From a virus (Duplodnaviria; Heunggongvirae; Uroviricota; Caudoviricetes): a stretch of 33,437 nucleotides of DNA. Numbering within the stretch: the stretch's first letter is position 1; every line of letters starts with the position of its first letter. Where the stretch lies: IMG/VR virus record IMGVR_UViG_2540341028_000013, one strand, 5' to 3'. Shown here in pieces: positions 29,070 through 33,437 of this stretch. The notes beneath the pieces were generated by a model. That model was not told the DNA's origin, did not search any database, and saw only the letters and a program-made list of their open reading frames with translations. A program made the position numbers and the translations under genes.

Positions 29070-32000
29070 ATGATTGGACAATTTTTAAGTGCAACAGAGA
29101 TTTTAGCAAAGAACTATGTTCGTAATAAAATGGTTAAAAATCCATTTTATTCGAATTTAAAATGGAATTTTATTGAAAAAAACATCATAAGATTAACATC
29201 CTCACCGGTTAAATCAGTACTTTGCATATCAGCTTTTTCATTTGTACTACTTTATGTTGGATATTTAAACGAATTATTTATAAAAAATAATCTTTTACAT
29301 TATTTCCCGTTTAGGCATTCATTAACCGAATGGCAAACAACCATTTTAAGTGGCCAATTGACAATTATTGGTATTGTATACCCCCTTGTTATAGGTTTAG
29401 TAAGTGTCTTATTCCAAAAAAAGGCAGATAGAAAAATAGCCCAAACTGCTTATCAGCGTTACTCAGGATTCATGCTTGCTGGACTCAGCGGGCTTTTCTT
29501 ATCAGGATTTATACTTCTCAGTGTACTAATTAAAACTGTCTTTGGAAGTTATCTTTATGGTATAGCTTGTCTAATCAGCATATTATGGCTTTTGATAAAC
29601 ATAGTTCTTTCTATTTGGTTCTTTATCGTGAGTCTTGAAATTCTTGATGATGTAAAACGGCAAATAATTATAAAGCGATACATTGCCTTCGAAATAGTAA
29701 TGCCCCATATTTGTAACAAAATATCAGCCAAGCTTAGGTTATACCCTATCTATCAAAAACATAACTATTCAAATTTAGAAATCACGCAAGCCGATTACAA
29801 AGGAGAATACATATCTGTGGCTAGCAGTTATTCTAAGGAAGATGAGTTAAGTTTATATCACCGTCCTTTTCAACTTACTCTTAATCTTATTAATTACCAA
29901 CTAAAAAAGAAGAATCATTTTGCGTCATTTGTCATTGGTGATAATCGTACAAAAGAAACAGAATCCACGGGTAAGATACTTTTTAGCGTTAAAAATATCA
30001 AACCAGACAGCTTATTAATAAAAATACTTAAGCAATGTTTTTATAGGGCTCCGATTAAAGGAGGAGATTTTTCCGTAAGTCTTACAATGCAGGCTATAAC
30101 AGCAGATACGTATATGTATCTGCGGGATTCTGATCTCATTAGTTTTGACAATGCTATCTCTGCATTAATTAATAACTTTAATAATCTCTGCGATTTGTAT
30201 TTTTTTCAAGATGATAATACCAACAATAACTTCTTACTGATCACTACAGAATTATTTGAACGGAGTTTTCAATATGAGTTTTCAGATGAAGTTTATAAAA
30301 TATCAAATAATTCCATGGATAAAATTAATCTTTCTGAAAGATTTTTTGAATTATGTCTTTGGAGCGGAGTGCGTATTATCAATAATAGAAAACATCTTAT
30401 CAGCAATGAACTTTGTATCTATATGGGAATTACTCGTTCACAATGGTCAATATTAACAGAATGGTTCCGAAACAACCAATCACTCTTAAATGCCTCGCTT
30501 CGTTCACGTTATAATCGTATATTAAGAACCTATATCACTGTTTGGGAGCAATATCAAGAAAGCATAAACTTTCGTTTCTGCAATACAGAGAATTCAGATT
30601 TATTTGAATTATTTTGCAAAACGCAACTACAAGAACTTCCATCGATGATTATTGATGCAACACAGACTCGCGATCCTTCTACTATTGATACAGCCGTCGA
30701 TCTTATTAACCGATGGCAGCACTCAATGAATATTGACAGCCATTCGGTAGAAAAATACAGTTACAAAGGCCAGCTTTTTAACCCGGGTTTTTTCATATCC
30801 AAAAAACTAAACTTCAATTCAGACAGAGAGTGGTTCAATATTGCCATCATAAATGCGTTGACTGACATGCGTATATGCACATGTCTTTATCTGACATCAA
30901 GAATCAATACTTCTGACAAACTAATGACACATTACATTAAACTTATTTTAGAGGGTAAACTTATTGACCAAACCGGTGGATATGAAACTCCCACTGAAGA
31001 AATTGATAATGCAAGCCAACTAATCAAGATATTAATTAGAATCTGCCTGTGGACATGGTCTGAAAATATGGAGCACAATGGGTGGATGAATAGTTTAGCA
31101 AGGCGTTTACGTGACTATGATAAAACAGACATGGTGATGGGCAGAGTTTACAGTAATGTTTTTGACTGTGGATTTATTGATATGGAACAATCATGGGTTC
31201 AGCTATTATTAATTTTTTCTAACAAGAACGATAGCGTATCAAAAGAAATAAAAGAAGCAATAGAAAACAACTATATAACATATCGTGAGAAGCAACGACT
31301 CATTGGAGTATTATCAAAAATTTGTAACTCCATCGAATACACTAAAATCAAGCTGACTTTAACATTGGACGATCTCCAAACAAAAAAAGAAAACTTAAGA
31401 AAGTTGCTTCAAGAGCATATTAACATGCTAAAGAAAGATCTTGATATGAGACTTCAGGATGCTGCCATAGATGTACATCGACTAGATAGCACTGCACGTA
31501 AAACATCAGAACATCTTCGTAAACGCATCAAGAAAACGCTCCCTCTTTCACTTTTCAAATCTATTGATTTTAAGCAGGCTAGCGATTGTTTCACAAAACA
31601 TAAGATATCTATTAAGATAGATAAAGAACCGTATGCCGAAGGAATAGAATCCATCCCTTATATCAATGAAGGTGATATTCAAGCAGACTTAATTCTCAAG
31701 GACATCCAGAGAATAATACTTTCAAATTTATTTAGCACTGGCTGTTCGCAACATACCGTAATAGAAGATTTCAATATGTTGATTGATCACATAAAATCAT
31801 CTGCTGACTTGGCTGGCAAACTGGTTCTTGTGATGAGTAAAGAGATCTTTCAGCAATATAATCGTATGCTTTTCGATAATCCCAACCTCAGAGAACTAAT
31901 GAGAAAAAATGATGATGGCTCTATGAACATAACTACTGAATCCGGTACCCGTAAGGTTTACTTCTTACCATTTGTTAATCAACCATTTTCTCTTGTGGTA

Positions 32001-32189
32001 AAGGATAACTACTTCACTAAATTAATTATTAGAGAATATGATAATAATAAGTTAGTAAATGTCACTTCAGAGAATATCAAAAGTGACTCAGATAAATTCA
32101 AGCTAACTCTTAACTATGAGTTGAATATAGTATTTGAAGGAAACGCTGATTTAAAAATAGCTCACTCGCAAAGAGTGACATCAGAATAA
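29070..32189 (+). CDS. Large hypothetical membrane-anchored protein (1039 aa): about four N-terminal TM helices plus an ~850-aa soluble region of unknown function
   Basis: Uninterrupted 3.1-kb ORF in visibly AT-rich DNA; predicted TM segments around residues 50-70, 90-115, 130-155 and 160-190; no nucleotide-binding, nuclease or protease motif recognised by eye. Confidence 0.85.
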   Translation: MIGQFLSATEILAKNYVRNKMVKNPFYSNLKWNFIEKNIIRLTSSPVKSVLCISAFSFVLLYVGYLNELFIKNNLLHYFPFRHSLTEWQTTILSGQLTIIGIVYPLVIGLVSVLFQKKADRKIAQTAYQRYSGFMLAGLSGLFLSGFILLSVLIKTVFGSYLYGIACLISILWLLINIVLSIWFFIVSLEILDDVKRQIIIKRYIAFEIVMPHICNKISAKLRLYPIYQKHNYSNLEITQADYKGEYISVASSYSKEDELSLYHRPFQLTLNLINYQLKKKNHFASFVIGDNRTKETESTGKILFSVKNIKPDSLLIKILKQCFYRAPIKGGDFSVSLTMQAITADTYMYLRDSDLISFDNAISALINNFNNLCDLYFFQDDNTNNNFLLITTELFERSFQYEFSDEVYKISNNSMDKINLSERFFELCLWSGVRIINNRKHLISNELCIYMGITRSQWSILTEWFRNNQSLLNASLRSRYNRILRTYITVWEQYQESINFRFCNTENSDLFELFCKTQLQELPSMIIDATQTRDPSTIDTAVDLINRWQHSMNIDSHSVEKYSYKGQLFNPGFFISKKLNFNSDREWFNIAIINALTDMRICTCLYLTSRINTSDKLMTHYIKLILEGKLIDQTGGYETPTEEIDNASQLIKILIRICLWTWSENMEHNGWMNSLARRLRDYDKTDMVMGRVYSNVFDCGFIDMEQSWVQLLLIFSNKNDSVSKEIKEAIENNYITYREKQRLIGVLSKICNSIEYTKIKLTLTLDDLQTKKENLRKLLQEHINMLKKDLDMRLQDAAIDVHRLDSTARKTSEHLRKRIKKTLPLSLFKSIDFKQASDCFTKHKISIKIDKEPYAEGIESIPYINEGDIQADLILKDIQRIILSNLFSTGCSQHTVIEDFNMLIDHIKSSADLAGKLVLVMSKEIFQQYNRMLFDNPNLRELMRKNDDGSMNITTESGTRKVYFLPFVNQPFSLVVKDNYFTKLIIREYDNNKLVNVTSENIKSDSDKFKLTLNYELNIVFEGNADLKIAHSQRVTSE

Positions 32190-32198
32190 TATCTTTGA

Positions 32199-32228
32199 CG
32201 GCGCTCCTTAGAGTGCCGTTCGTTTATT
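32199..32228 (+). terminator. Rho-independent terminator downstream of the 1039-aa ORF
   Basis: CGGCGCTC-CTTA-GAGTGCCG stem-loop (8 bp with one G-U) followed by TTCGTTTATT, 10 bp after the stop codon. Confidence 0.55.
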
Positions 32229-32324
32229 AACTAATGCTAAAAATCATTATATAGAGAAAGTCATGTTTAAATCTTAGAGAATACAACCTAGAATAGTGTA
32301 AGCACTACAATAAGAGAGGTCGCT

Positions 32325-32520
32325 ATGTTCCGTTGTCCGCTTTGTGGCGCATCTGCCCGTATCCGCACCAGTCGTCCGGAAAATGATTCAAACACCGTGA
32401 GACAAAAGTATTATCAGTGTAACAATCTAGAATGCGGCGTATGTTTCTCAACACTGGAAGCCTTCCACAAATTCACTTCAAAGCACGCCTCCCCCATTCA
32501 CTCATCAGAGGGCATCCCGT
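32325..32520 (+). pseudogene. ogr: ogr (P2 late-gene activator, zinc-finger protein), 3' end disrupted by IS2
   Basis: MFRCPLCGASARIRTSRPENDSNTVRQKYYQCNNLECGVCF resembles P2 Ogr (MFHCPLCQHAAHARTSRYITDTTKERYHQCQNVNCSATF) with the four Cys conserved; the reading frame continues into the IS2 terminus at 32521, giving a foreign C-terminus. Confidence 0.8.
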
Positions 32521-33437
32521 TGGATTTGCCCCTATATTTCCAGACATCTGTTATCACTTAACCCATTACAAGCCCGCTGCCGCAGATATTCCCGTGGCGA
32601 GCGATAACCCAGCGCACTATGCGGATGCCATTCGTTATAATGCTCGAACGCCTCTGCAAGGTTCTTTGCTGCCGTTAACCCGTCTGGTTTGGGCATGATA
32701 CTGATGTAGTCACGCTTTATCGTTTTCACGAAGCTCTCTGCTATTCCGTTACTCTCCGGACTCCGCACCGCCGTGTTCTTCGGTTCAAGTCCCAACATCC
32801 GGGCGAACTGGCGTGTTTCATTAGCCCGGTAGCATGAACCATTATCCGTCAGCCACTCCACTGGAGACGACGGAAGATCGTTGCCGAAGCGGCGTTCCAC
32901 CGCTCCCAGCATGACGTCCTGTACTGTTTCACTGTTGAAGCCGCCGGTAGTCACCGCCCAGTGCAGTGCCTCACGATCACAGCAGTCCAGCGCGAACGTG
33001 ACACGCAGTCTCTCTCCGTTATCACAGCAGAACTCGAACCCGTCAGAGCACCATCGCTGATTGCTTTCTTTCACGGCCACTCTGCCTGTATGTGCCCGTT
33101 TCGATGGCGGTACAGCAGGTTTTCGCTCAAGCAACAGCGCATTCTGGCGCATGATCCGGTAAACACGTTTGGCATTGATCGCAGGCATACCATCAAGTTC
33201 TGCCTGTCTGCGAAGCAGCGCCCATACCCGACGATAACCATACGTGGGCAGCTCTCCGATAACATGGTGTATACGGAGAAGCACATCCGTATCATCAGTG
33301 TGACGACTGCGGCGGCCATCCATCCAGTCATCGGTTCGTCTGAGAATGACGTGCAACTGCGCACGCGACACCCGGAGACAACGGCTGACTAAGCTTACTC
33401 CCCATCCCCGGGCAATAAGGGCGCGTGCGCTATCCAC
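32521..33437 (-). mobile_element. IS2, partial (insD-proximal 917 bp; continues beyond the window edge)
   Basis: Begins with IS2 terminus TGGATTTGCCCCTATATTTCCAGACATCTGTTATCACTTAACCC and encodes full-length insD on the minus strand; matches the IS2 sequence as recalled. Confidence 0.9.
32532..33437 (-). CDS. insD: IS2 transposase InsD (OrfB)
   Basis: 301 aa; the window ends exactly at its GTG start codon; ...[32 protein letters not shown]...WLTDNGSCY... DDE-type catalytic region. Confidence 0.9.

Overview
This window looks like an Escherichia/Shigella-type accessory region: an IS-riddled, probably defective P2-like prophage carrying a large unknown cargo gene. Calls rest on reading the six-frame translations against remembered protein families; nothing was searched or computed. 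From left to right: (1) 1-5630 holds a coiled-coil membrane ORF, a complete IS629, two small ORFs, a 265-bp IS2 end fragment, a complete IS911, a 5'-truncated parM/stbA with intact parR/stbB-like gene, and a zinc-ribbon ORF. (2) 6109-28821 is the P2-like late region: Q and P on the minus strand, O N M L X, holin, M15 endolysin, spanins, R S V W J I H G, a Gin/Pin-type invertible tail-fibre segment with a Pin-like invertase, then U T E/E' FII FI on the minus strand and D on the plus strand. (3) 29070-32189 is a visibly AT-rich 1039-aa ORF with about four N-terminal transmembrane helices and no recognisable domain, inserted between D and ogr; this is the best candidate for an undescribed phage-borne accessory or defence function. 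(4) ogr is cut at its 3' end by an IS2 copy that runs off the window. Caveats: Q, N, R, FII and the alternative tail-fibre assembly gene carry single-base indels at short homopolymers, and D has an in-frame TAA, so either the prophage is decaying or the sequence has homopolymer errors. No tRNA, rRNA, CRISPR array, integrase or att site was recognised.
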